From an uncultured Bacteroidales bacterium (GTDB taxonomy: Bacteria > Bacteroidota > Bacteroidia > Bacteroidales > FEN-979): 64,000 nucleotides of DNA. The number at the start of each line of letters is the position of its first letter. Position 1 is the stretch's first letter. The notes beneath the pieces were generated by a model. That model was not told the origin of the DNA. It saw nothing but the letters and a program-made list of their open reading frames with translations, and searched no databases. Positions 28,437-37,253 of this stretch are shown here, piece after piece. Made by a program: the position numbers and the translations under genes. Location of the stretch: positions 9,596 through 73,595 of the forward strand of contig CAIMWF010000154.1 in the NCBI GenBank assembly GCA_903845055.1. The letters are read 5' to 3'.

Positions 28437-28444
28437 TAATTTTG
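28437..28444 (+). promoter_or_regulatory. -7 box TAATTTTG upstream of tRNA-Ser(TGA)
   Basis: TAnnTTTG 6 nt before the tRNA 5' end. Confidence 0.5.
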
Positions 28445-28449
28445 CCCAC

Positions 28450-28534
28450 GGAGAGATGGCAGAGCGGTCGATTGCGGCGGTCTTGAAAACCGTTGACCCG
28501 CAAGGGTCCGGGGGTTCGAATCCCTCTCTCTCCG
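28450..28534 (+). tRNA. tRNA-Ser (anticodon TGA)
   Basis: Acceptor GGAGAGA/TCTCTCC, anticodon loop CTTGAAA, long variable arm, T-loop TTCGAAT. Confidence 0.9.
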
Positions 28535-28551
28535 CCTGGTTATTGCATAGT

Positions 28552-28585
28552 AGGCTGTAAACAAAATGTTTGCGGCCTATTTTAT
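28552..28585 (+). terminator. Intrinsic terminator after tRNA-Ser(TGA)
   Basis: aggctgtaaac-aaaat-gtttgcggcct hairpin followed by attttatt. Confidence 0.7.
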
Positions 28586-28740
28586 TGTTGCTGTACCTGG
28601 TTATGAACCGCCTTTTAGGAAGGTCAGTCGACTTGCGTGGAGCCATACCTGACCCATAAACCACCGACCTTGTTTGAGGGAAAGCCCAGTTACCGCTTTT
28701 ACCAGGGATTAAATCCAACCATTTTACCAAAAAGCGGATA

Positions 28741-29931
28741 TTAACCCTGGTCCACAGCCATGTCGCAAGTCAATTCGTCTGCCTTTAATTCAACAGGCAA
28801 CGGAAATGAGACAGTAAACGTGGCGCCTTTCCCCTGTTCACTTTGCAGGTTCAATGAACCATTGAGTTTGTCGACGATCTTTTTTGCGATGTACAAGCCC
28901 AGTCCGGTCGAAGATTCATCGCCCGTAGGACGGGCGCTGAGTCTCTGGAATTTTCCGAAGACCTTTTTCAAATCGGTTTCCGTAAATCCCGGGCCCTGGT
29001 CCTTTACGCTAATGACGCCAAATGACTGGATTACTTGCAGGGACAGCGAAATTTCCTTGTTTTCAGGTGAATATTTAATCGCATTGGAAAGCAAATTTTC
29101 GACAACCTCTTTTATTTTCAGTTTGTCGGAATAAATATTGACAGGATAGTACACTGTTTCAAAAATGATTTTCTGCCCTTTTTTTTCCGCTGCATATTCA
29201 AAACTTTTAATAACCGGGATCATCAGTTCTGAAAGATTGAAGGATGATAATTCGAGATCGAGTTCCATCGAATCATTGATCGTCGATACAAGGAAACTTT
29301 TTACCAGGTCATCCATCTGGAATGCCATTCGGGAAATATGCCGCATGAGTTCTTTTGCCTGGGTTATTTCATCTATCTCCAAAATAAGCTCCGAAAAACC
29401 GAGTATGGCAGAGATGGGATTTCTCAGATCATGGGCTACAATGGCGAGAACCTCTTTTTTGAATTCGTTGGCCTGTTTCAATAACCCGTTCATGATCAGC
29501 TGAATCTTGTTCTGAGCGACAAGCAACTGGTAAAAGTCAAGCAAACGGTATTCATCGGAGACACACCTGACGATAACCGGTTCGAAAATATCGGGTTCCC
29601 TGCGGTTTAATGCTTCGTTAGTAGCATCAATAACCGTTGTAAACGAGTCCAGGATCAGATATGGTTGTGAATTGTCCTCCTCAAAGAAATGAGAAATTTT
29701 CCGTTTCGAATATAAGTCATACATGAACTGGTGGCTCATGATCTCGAAGAACCTGCTCTTTGAAAGCATTCCATAGAACCTGCCATCCTTAAGCAAGATA
29801 AGTCCCGGCGTCGTTTTGTCCTTTTCGAAAAGGCTGTATGCTGTTAAAACGTTATCAGTAAGACATATAGAAGCATTCTTTAACTCCAGATCACCAAGTG
29901 TAGAATTAATATGCAGTTGACTGTTCACCAT
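28741..29931 (-). CDS. Cytoplasmic sensor histidine kinase (unknown N-terminal sensor + HisKA + HATPase_c)
   Basis: H-box [16 protein letters not shown] and G2 box [11 protein letters not shown]. No TM segment. The ATG at 29931 is preferred over the TTG at 29961. Confidence 0.85.
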   Translation of the reverse strand: MVNSQLHINSTLGDLELKNASICLTDNVLTAYSLFEKDKTTPGLILLKDGRFYGMLSKSRFFEIMSHQFMYDLYSKRKISHFFEEDNSQPYLILDSFTTVIDATNEALNRREPDIFEPVIVRCVSDEYRLLDFYQLLVAQNKIQLIMNGLLKQANEFKKEVLAIVAHDLRNPISAILGFSELILEIDEITQAKELMRHISRMAFQMDDLVKSFLVSTINDSMELDLELSSFNLSELMIPVIKSFEYAAEKKGQKIIFETVYYPVNIYSDKLKIKEVVENLLSNAIKYSPENKEISLSLQVIQSFGVISVKDQGPGFTETDLKKVFGKFQRLSARPTGDESSTGLGLYIAKKIVDKLNGSLNLQSEQGKGATFTVSFPLPVELKADELTCDMAVDQG

Positions 29932-30560
29932 ACCATGCAAAAATACAGGATAATAAGGCAAAATTTCACGAAACAGATTTGTTAATCTAAATTTAACCTA
30001 TGCCGGTCCTTTCCCCTGATCCCTGGGTCAACACCCTGACAATGATCTCATCCCGCAGGCATGTATTTTTGTTTCTTCCATTATAATTAATAGAAATTTA
30101 ATGTATTCGTAACCTCCATGATCCGGCTTAAAACTAATTTTGTTAAAAGTTGCATGTGATTCATTTTCCGGCTGCATCTTTTTCTTTGGTTACCGAGTCC
30201 GTGACTGATATTTGCCTGTTTTGTAATCCGCACAATATTAGGAATTTGGGTATAATCTTTTCAGGAATGGCGTTTTAAGGTCTACCTATTCATTACACCA
30301 GGTTATTGATTTACAATAACATGCTTTATAAATCCAGGGTCCCGGATAAAAGAAATGCATGGGTTTACATCTTCCGGCATTGTTTGGGTTGGTATATGAT
30401 TAACGTTCTTTGTTTCTTTCATCATTGCGCTATCAATGTTAAACTTTTTGCTTCAACAGGATTGCACGGGGATTTGAGCATAAAGGGATTGTTGAATCAA
30501 ACTTGCGGACGTTCAATGTAAAACCGAATGCACCATTCTGTTTCATTAATTACTTGACTT

Positions 30561-32498
30561 ATGCTTCGATATATAGAGGAGATTGAATTAGAAAACAAAG
30601 AAAATTTGTTTCAAAGTGAAGGGTTGTTCAAGACGATCTTCAATGAAGCGCCATTTGGTATTTCGCTGACCGATTCAATGACCGGCGAAATATATGAGGT
30701 AAATCATATGTTTGCCAAAATAGCAGGGAGGACGATTAAGGAGCTGAAGTATTTGAACTGGATGTGTTTAACACATACCGACGATATTCAGAAGGAGATG
30801 GATCAAATGACTTTGCTTAACAGTGGAAAAATCACCGGGTTCCAGCTGGAGAAGCGCTTTGTGCGCCCCAAAGAAGGGGTTGTATGGATAAATATGAAAA
30901 TCGTACCCCTGGGGACAGGAATCAAATCGAACCCATGTCACCTTTGTATGATCGAGGATATTACCGATCGCTACCTGAAAGAGAGTGAACTGAGAAAATT
31001 ATCCAGGGCGGTTCAACAAAGCCCCGTTTCAATCATTATTACCGACCTCGAGGGTAATATTATTTACGGAAATCCAAAAGCAAGTGAAATCACCGGGTAT
31101 AAACCGGAAGAACTGTTAGGCAAAAATGTCAGGATTATGAAATCGGGCGGAACGCCGGGAGAAACTTACATTCATCTCTGGGAGACCATCACTTCCGGAA
31201 ATGAATGGCGGGGTGAAATCCTGAATAAGAAGAAAAACGGTGAACTCTACTGGGAGTCTACTTTTATTTCTCCTGTGATGAAATCAAATGGAATCATTAC
31301 AAATTTTCTTGCCATCAAGGAGGATATTACAGAAAGAAAGAAAGTAATCGAAGAACTGGAATCCGCCAAACATAAGGCTGAGTCGAGCGACCGGTTGAAA
31401 ACGGCTTTTATAAACAATATTTCTCATGAAACGAGAACCCCTTTGAACGGGATACTTGGTTTCAGCAACCTGCTCCTGCAGCCCGACATTCCCCATGAAG
31501 AAAGACTGATGTTTCATTCGATGATCCAGGAAAGCAGCAACAGGTTGCTCTATACAATCAGCAACTACATGGATATTGCCCTGATTGCGTCTGGAAATAT
31601 GGCGGCCAGTTGCAGGACCTTTAATCTGAACCAGGTTCTTCAATCACTTTGGAACCAGTTTAAACCGGCTTGTGATCTGAAGGGGTTGAATCTGATTTTG
31701 AATATTCCTGAACAGAATATGATAACTTCTCTCTGTTCAGATGCTGTGATCATACGTAAAGTATTTTCTCACATGCTTGACAATTCCGTAAAGTTTACAA
31801 AGCAGGGAGAGATAACCTTTGGATATAACGGTAAGCCGGGAGCCATAGAGTTTTTTGTCAAGGATACCGGGATTGGAATCAGCAAAGATTCGCAGCTTTT
31901 GATTTTCGAGAGCTTTATCCAGGAAGAATTTTTAAATACGCGGGGATACGAAGGCAGCGGACTGGGATTGTCCATTTCACAGGGGCTGGTGGCGTTGCTT
32001 GGGGGCTCAATTCATGCGGATTCAGAAAAGGGAATTGGTTCCCGTTTCTCCTTCACCATACCATATAAGGCCGCTGACTCCTGTGAACTTCCGTCTGACA
32101 ACCGTGTTTTAAAAGAACACCTTTTACCAGGGAAACCGGTCATCCTGATTGCCGACGATGACCGGTACAATTTTATTTTGATAGAAACCATCCTGAAAAG
32201 ATCTGATATTACGGTTTATGCTGCCGAAAATGGACAGGAGGCGGTCGATTTTTGTCATGAACATCCCGAAATATCCCTGGTTTTAATGGACATGAAAATG
32301 CCTGTCATGGATGGTCTTGAAGCCACCCGGGAGATAAAAGCATTCAGAAAAGATCTTCCAGTGATCGCAATTACAGCCTTTGCGATGAGCGGAGATGAAG
32401 AGCGGATCCTGGCGTCGGGTTGTGACGATTATGTGCCAAAGCCGGTCAGCAGGGATCAACTGTCCACCAAACTCTCCAAATTTGGGATCATGGTATGA
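30561..32498 (+). CDS. Hybrid sensor histidine kinase/response regulator (PAS-PAS-HisKA-HATPase-REC)
   Basis: Two PAS-like segments, ISHETRTPLNGILGF, GSGLGLSISQGLV, and REC LIADDD...LMDMKMPVMDG...DDYVPKP. Confidence 0.9.
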   Translation: MLRYIEEIELENKENLFQSEGLFKTIFNEAPFGISLTDSMTGEIYEVNHMFAKIAGRTIKELKYLNWMCLTHTDDIQKEMDQMTLLNSGKITGFQLEKRFVRPKEGVVWINMKIVPLGTGIKSNPCHLCMIEDITDRYLKESELRKLSRAVQQSPVSIIITDLEGNIIYGNPKASEITGYKPEELLGKNVRIMKSGGTPGETYIHLWETITSGNEWRGEILNKKKNGELYWESTFISPVMKSNGIITNFLAIKEDITERKKVIEELESAKHKAESSDRLKTAFINNISHETRTPLNGILGFSNLLLQPDIPHEERLMFHSMIQESSNRLLYTISNYMDIALIASGNMAASCRTFNLNQVLQSLWNQFKPACDLKGLNLILNIPEQNMITSLCSDAVIIRKVFSHMLDNSVKFTKQGEITFGYNGKPGAIEFFVKDTGIGISKDSQLLIFESFIQEEFLNTRGYEGSGLGLSISQGLVALLGGSIHADSEKGIGSRFSFTIPYKAADSCELPSDNRVLKEHLLPGKPVILIADDDRYNFILIETILKRSDITVYAAENGQEAVDFCHEHPEISLVLMDMKMPVMDGLEATREIKAFRKDLPVIAITAFAMSGDEERILASGCDDYVPKPVSRDQLSTKLSKFGIMV

Positions 32499-32527
32499 AG
32501 GAACACCGGATTGGGGATGATCAGGAT

Positions 32528-33628
32528 CTATGCCTTTCCAGATAACAACTTTTCTTTCAGTTCCTGTTCGATTTTTGCGAGCTCGGTCTCGGCCAGTTGC
32601 CGCTTGGCCTTCCCGTCGGCCTGGATCTTCAGGGTATCTTCAATCGTGGCAATCAGATCGCTGTTCACTTTTTTCAGAGTTTCGATATCCACAATACCCC
32701 TTTCCGACTCCTTGGCAATCTCGAGGGTGTTATCCTTCAGCATTTCTGAATTTTTCCTGAGGAGTTCATTGGTGGCATCGGTAACCTCCTTCTGGATTTT
32801 CAGGGCCGATTTTTGCCTGAAAAGGGTAATGGCGATCACGATCTGGTTTTTCCAGAGTGGAATCGTATTCAGGATCGAACTCTGGATCTTTTCAACGAGG
32901 GCCTGGTCGCCGTTCTGGATCAACCGGATTTGCGGACCCGCCTGGATCGAGATCATGCGACTCAATTTCAGATCGTAAAGTTTTTTCTCAAAACGGTTGA
33001 GAAACTGCATGAAATCATTGTATTTCTGGGCATCAGCCGGGTCTTTGGTCTCATCGGCCTTCATTTTAAGCTGAGGCGCGACGGTATTCTGCAATTCCTG
33101 CAACTTAAGCTGCCCTGCGGCAATAAAGAGGTCGAGGTTATGCAGGTATTCGAGGTTTTTAGCATACATTGAATCGAGAAGGGTAAGGTCCCTGAGCATC
33201 TGCATGCGCGCTTTATCCAAATCATCAATGATCTTTTCGATCTGAACACTGAGTTTCTCATACCGGATGATGAATTTTTTGAAAGAATTTACAAGGCCGC
33301 CCAGGAAAGGGATTTTCGAGAAGAATCCCTCTTTTGATCCAAGACTGTCTACATCGATATCCCTGACCTTTATGACCAGGTCGGTGAGGATGGTTCCGGC
33401 ATACCCGCTGTCTTTTGTGCGCACCTCCTGCAGGATGTTGTCGGCAAAAGTTGAAATATCCCGTTGCGCACCAACACCGAAGGTAATGATGGCCTGTGAG
33501 TCTTCAACATTGATCTGTTTTTTGATATCATCGACCCGTGCAAGTTGCTCGGGGCTCAGGTTGGCCAGGTTCACCGTGCTGCCCGTACTTAAGCTTACAT
33601 TATCCCTGGTATTCAGTTCATCGCTCAT
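32528..33628 (-). CDS. telA: TelA/KlaA/YaaN-family toxic-anion-resistance-like protein
   Basis: ITFGVGAQRDISTFADNILQEVRTKDSGYAGTILTDLVIKVRDID resembles the TelA N-terminal block. All-helical, 366 aa. I trimmed the start to the ATG at 33628. Confidence 0.8.
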   Translation of the reverse strand: MSDELNTRDNVSLSTGSTVNLANLSPEQLARVDDIKKQINVEDSQAIITFGVGAQRDISTFADNILQEVRTKDSGYAGTILTDLVIKVRDIDVDSLGSKEGFFSKIPFLGGLVNSFKKFIIRYEKLSVQIEKIIDDLDKARMQMLRDLTLLDSMYAKNLEYLHNLDLFIAAGQLKLQELQNTVAPQLKMKADETKDPADAQKYNDFMQFLNRFEKKLYDLKLSRMISIQAGPQIRLIQNGDQALVEKIQSSILNTIPLWKNQIVIAITLFRQKSALKIQKEVTDATNELLRKNSEMLKDNTLEIAKESERGIVDIETLKKVNSDLIATIEDTLKIQADGKAKRQLAETELAKIEQELKEKLLSGKA

Positions 33629-33666
33629 GGGTGTGTTTTTAATGATTGATTTGTATCGGTTTAAAG

Positions 33667-34743
33667 CTATTTGGCATCGGCGAGGGCCTCTATTATATTT
33701 ACCATAACAGATGCACGCGGCATGGGGACGATCTTTGTGACAGAGGCGGGAATTCCATCGACCTGCAGTATTTTCGGATCGTTCTGAACACCCATCAACC
33801 CGGTGCGGAACCCATGCTCCTCCCATGCAATCTTCTGTATCTCCTCATCTTTCAATGCATCTATGAGAAGGGTTGCCTTTTTGTTCAGGATGATCATGGG
33901 ATGTTCACTCCAAACGGTGGGGACCGGGTATAATGTTTTAATCTGGTTTTTTACCTTCGGCCAGAAATCAGGGTGCATTCTTGAAAATTCAATGGACTGG
34001 CTTTCATAACCTCCCATCAACGGGTATTGTCCAACCCCGGTCTTTAAAAACTGTTCAAACAGAACCCCGGAAGTGCTTTGCATGAATCCCTGCCTTGCAA
34101 AAAACTCTTTAACTTCGGGCAGGACCTGCGGGAGATCAGCCTCCACAACCACATCTCCGCCCTTCAGAACAATAGCGACCAGTCCGGCAAACATAATCCC
34201 CGAATTGGATCTGGTAGGATCAGTTGTCGTTACCGTAATTTTACCATACAGTTGCGTCAACCCTATATCGGACCATTTTTTTCCCTCCCTGATCATTTTA
34301 AGCAACCCGGGCATGTCAATGATATAATAGGTCGACATCTCCTTTTTGACAATACCAGTCTTTAAAAGGGCATCCACCACAATATCCCAGCTGTAAATGA
34401 CGATAGGAGAGTTGAAAATGTTTTCTGAGCGTACAATTTTGTCCCCCTGTTTAAGTTTGAAAATCTCGAGCGCAACCTGGCTTGACGGCCAGAGAAAGTC
34501 GGTACCGGTTTTTGCCTCCTCGTTCACCATTTCAATAGATCCTGCACGCACATAGTCAACAACAATCCCGTACTTTTTTTTCAGGATTGTTTTCACCCGG
34601 TCGTTCTCAAGAAATGAACTTTTCTCGCTTCCAATTATGCCCCTGATATGTATCTCCGGTTTTTCATTGCGGTAATACCAGTAACCAAACCCGATGGCAG
34701 CAGCCAGCAAAAGTATGCCTAATCCAATCAGTATCCCTCGCAT
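33667..34743 (-). CDS. Membrane-anchored periplasmic-binding-protein-like protein (paralogue of the N-domain of the PBP-vWA protein)
   Basis: One N-terminal TM helix. It aligns by eye with aa ~60-330 of the 35369-36961 product: WPSSQ/WPASG, SPIVIYS/SPVVFGI, RSNSG/QSNSG, GYESQS/NYESLM, HGFRTG/MGRRTG. Confidence 0.6.
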   Translation of the reverse strand: MRGILIGLGILLLAAAIGFGYWYYRNEKPEIHIRGIIGSEKSSFLENDRVKTILKKKYGIVVDYVRAGSIEMVNEEAKTGTDFLWPSSQVALEIFKLKQGDKIVRSENIFNSPIVIYSWDIVVDALLKTGIVKKEMSTYYIIDMPGLLKMIREGKKWSDIGLTQLYGKITVTTTDPTRSNSGIMFAGLVAIVLKGGDVVVEADLPQVLPEVKEFFARQGFMQSTSGVLFEQFLKTGVGQYPLMGGYESQSIEFSRMHPDFWPKVKNQIKTLYPVPTVWSEHPMIILNKKATLLIDALKDEEIQKIAWEEHGFRTGLMGVQNDPKILQVDGIPASVTKIVPMPRASVMVNIIEALADAK

Positions 34744-34748
34744 AATCC

Positions 34749-35369
34749 TTATTTTAAATCTTCCGCCTTAAATGTTTTCTCCAATGTTTCAATTTCAACG
34801 TCAAGGTCCATGACGTCATTGCTGAGAAGTTTCGCCAGCTGTTTATCAAAAGCTATGTCAATCGAATTGAGCATATCTTCCGCTTTGAGCAGCGCCTTCG
34901 AGATTTCAGGCGAGTGAACATCCTGAAGGGACAGTTGGGAGTACTTATTAACAATGCTGATACTTGTATCAAAATAATAGGATAAAAACTGCCGGGCGAT
35001 TTTCATTTTCTCCGGATCTTTCCTTATATTTTCATATATCTTCTTCACAATGACTATGATATGGAATATTTTTCCACGAATGTTTTCGTTAGGGATCTGT
35101 TTTGCCAGTTTTTCCAGTTCCCTGATTTTCTCTTCACTCTCCCGAAGTGTTGTTTGTACCATCTCAGCAGTAATCCCGCTTCCGGGATTAATGGTAAACT
35201 GTTCCTTAGGGCGAAGGGCAAACAGGATTACATAAATGCCAAAGAATGTAACAATTGAGAGAATCCCGGTGATTAAAAAGCTGAACTGGAACAGGAAAAA
35301 GAGGCCAAGCATAACCAGTCCGGCTGCAATCCCTGAAATGATCCCGGCTCCCGTGGTGAGTTTTTTCAT
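34749..35369 (-). CDS. XpaC-like (5-bromo-4-chloroindolyl phosphate hydrolysis family) two-TM protein
   Basis: 206 aa with two N-terminal TM helices followed by a helical/coiled-coil region. This is the same architecture, size and TelA adjacency as B. subtilis xpaC-yaaN. Confidence 0.6.
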   Translation of the reverse strand: MKKLTTGAGIISGIAAGLVMLGLFFLFQFSFLITGILSIVTFFGIYVILFALRPKEQFTINPGSGITAEMVQTTLRESEEKIRELEKLAKQIPNENIRGKIFHIIVIVKKIYENIRKDPEKMKIARQFLSYYFDTSISIVNKYSQLSLQDVHSPEISKALLKAEDMLNSIDIAFDKQLAKLLSNDVMDLDVEIETLEKTFKAEDLK

Positions 35370-36961
35370 CAGTTATACCCTTTTACCTTCCTGAAAGCGC
35401 CGACCAGGTCTTTCCTGCCGTCAAACACCGCTCCGTTGGTCAGCCTGGCAATCTGGGCCAGCTGGGCGTCGGAAGCATCGCCAAATTTAATTAAAAAAAC
35501 GGGGACATCCCTTCTGTTGTTTTTCCAGGCTGTTTCCAGATCTGCATAATTTTTACCGGTATTTGATTCACCGTCTGTCATGAGTATTATTGCCGGAATA
35601 AATTTTGTTGAATCAACCATTGCACTCTGCTCCAAAGCAAGAATAACGGGCGAATAAATATCAGTGGTTCCGTCGGTCGTTGTTTCCCTGATTTTCTTCA
35701 ATAAATCAACCATCTCGGGTTGTTTGTTTCCTTCAACCTGCCAGGCATCAATGATTGTCCCGGCGAATGGAATTACAAAGGTTATATCAGCAGGTGAACT
35801 TTGGAGAAAGTATTTACCAGCCTTATCCTGGTCTAGGAGTAATTCCATTGCTTTCTTCACAAGGTCGGAGTTCCCCCCGGTCATGCTTCCCGAAAAATCC
35901 AGGCAAAAAAAGGTAAGGGAAGGTTTTCTGAACATGGTTTGATAAAGGTTCAGCGCCTTCAGGACCACCTCTGCCCTGGGAAGCTTGATGGGTGAAAGTA
36001 TCTTCTGAGGGTCTATTCCCCAGTCGGGGTTGAATACTTCAACGGGTGCATTTTTCAGCTCTCCCGCAAAACCGGTCCGCCTTCCCATTTGCATTAGCTG
36101 GTGCTGAATCGGTTCGCTCAGCAGGTAAGCCTGGAGTTCTTTAAAAAAAACCTCTTTTTTGACATCGCCATTATCTATATAACCCAGCTGTGAATCAGCT
36201 ATCACCAGGCCGTCGACGGGATACACAAGATACAGCGGTTCCTTCCCCTGACGGGTCAGTTCCTGGTTAGCCTCAATCATGAGTGATTCATAATTCACCA
36301 TGGCATCATAGCCTCCTTTGAGAAAAAGATCCTTCAGCCAGGCCGAACTTCCAGATGAGCGGTTAATCCCTGCGAGAAGATCGGTGATCCCTTTCTTTAA
36401 TTCCGGCTTTTCGAGATCGGCTTCCGTTATATATTCCGGGTTGCCCAGCAATGCATACAAAAAACCGATGTAGGCACTGGCCCCCGAATTGGATTGTGAA
36501 GCGGAGGTCATGATAAACCTGAGTTTTTTCTCCCGGATAGCCTTCAGGATTTCTCCCACCTTCACATCCTTCCCCGTTAATCCCAACTGCAGGGCAAGGC
36601 TTTTTCTGATCCCAAACACTACTGGTGACGTCATGATGGATTGGGCATACTTAACTTTTCTCTCACGGTCGCCCAGCGTTATCCAAATGCCGCTGGCCGG
36701 CCAGACCGCATCATATTTAGAAGCGTTTTTCTGCAATTCCAGCATGATATCGACCGACCCTTCATATTTGAATTTGACCAGTACATTATTTTTCCTGGCA
36801 AATTCATCTACTATCTTTTCCAACGGTCCGTTTTCTGACCCTGAAAGGATCAGGAATTCCCTGGGATGTTTTTTACAGGAATTCAGTGACAACAATATGA
36901 AAATTGCCGCCAGCAAGCCGGAAACTCTCATTATATGGGAAAGTAAAAGGTTTTTATACAT
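35369..36961 (-). CDS. Lipoprotein with substrate-binding (PBP-like) N-domain and C-terminal von Willebrand factor A domain
   Basis: Lipobox LLSLNSC. Intact vWA MIDAS LDFSGSM...ILMTDGESN. Its stop overlaps the next start by 1 nt (TGATG). Confidence 0.8.
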   Translation of the reverse strand: MYKNLLLSHIMRVSGLLAAIFILLSLNSCKKHPREFLILSGSENGPLEKIVDEFARKNNVLVKFKYEGSVDIMLELQKNASKYDAVWPASGIWITLGDRERKVKYAQSIMTSPVVFGIRKSLALQLGLTGKDVKVGEILKAIREKKLRFIMTSASQSNSGASAYIGFLYALLGNPEYITEADLEKPELKKGITDLLAGINRSSGSSAWLKDLFLKGGYDAMVNYESLMIEANQELTRQGKEPLYLVYPVDGLVIADSQLGYIDNGDVKKEVFFKELQAYLLSEPIQHQLMQMGRRTGFAGELKNAPVEVFNPDWGIDPQKILSPIKLPRAEVVLKALNLYQTMFRKPSLTFFCLDFSGSMTGGNSDLVKKAMELLLDQDKAGKYFLQSSPADITFVIPFAGTIIDAWQVEGNKQPEMVDLLKKIRETTTDGTTDIYSPVILALEQSAMVDSTKFIPAIILMTDGESNTGKNYADLETAWKNNRRDVPVFLIKFGDASDAQLAQIARLTNGAVFDGRKDLVGAFRKVKGYN

Positions 36962-37253
36962 ACGTCGGAAATGTTGAATTCCATAAATATTCGGCCGGAC
37001 CGGGCCTTTACACCTGAAAAACCATAATATTAACAAATTAAAGCTGACGCTGTGTTAATTTAAAGTTAAAAATGAGAAGTTTTTCTGGAAAGTAAGCAAG
37101 ACCAATAAATTTCTCATGACGAAGGAGGTTCATTTCTTAAATCGTCACATAGGAAAGCTACAACCAACTAACTGACCAGGCATATTCCCAAATGCTCACT
37201 CCCGGTAATTCATCCTGACTCCTCCTTTCCAATAATACCCGTATCTTTGAATC

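Noticed and set aside
28377-28730. 117-aa minus ORF; also 40490-40741, 40623-40817, 18130-18366 and the first 26 codons of 13594-14910
   Set aside because: These are read-throughs of tRNA genes, with tell-tale peptides such as GFEPP, GIRTLG and GLEPTT from T-arm sequences.
30306-30521. 71-aa ORF in the histidine-kinase spacer
   Set aside because: It has no promoter box, no recognisable domain and AT-rich random-looking codon usage. It is probably non-coding.
28535-37250. Integrative mobile element at tRNA-Ser
   Set aside because: I did not call it as a mobile_element feature. There is no integrase, excisionase, transposase or conjugation gene, and no att-like duplicate of the tRNA 3' end visible at the distal border. 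Only the composition shift is retained, as a finding.
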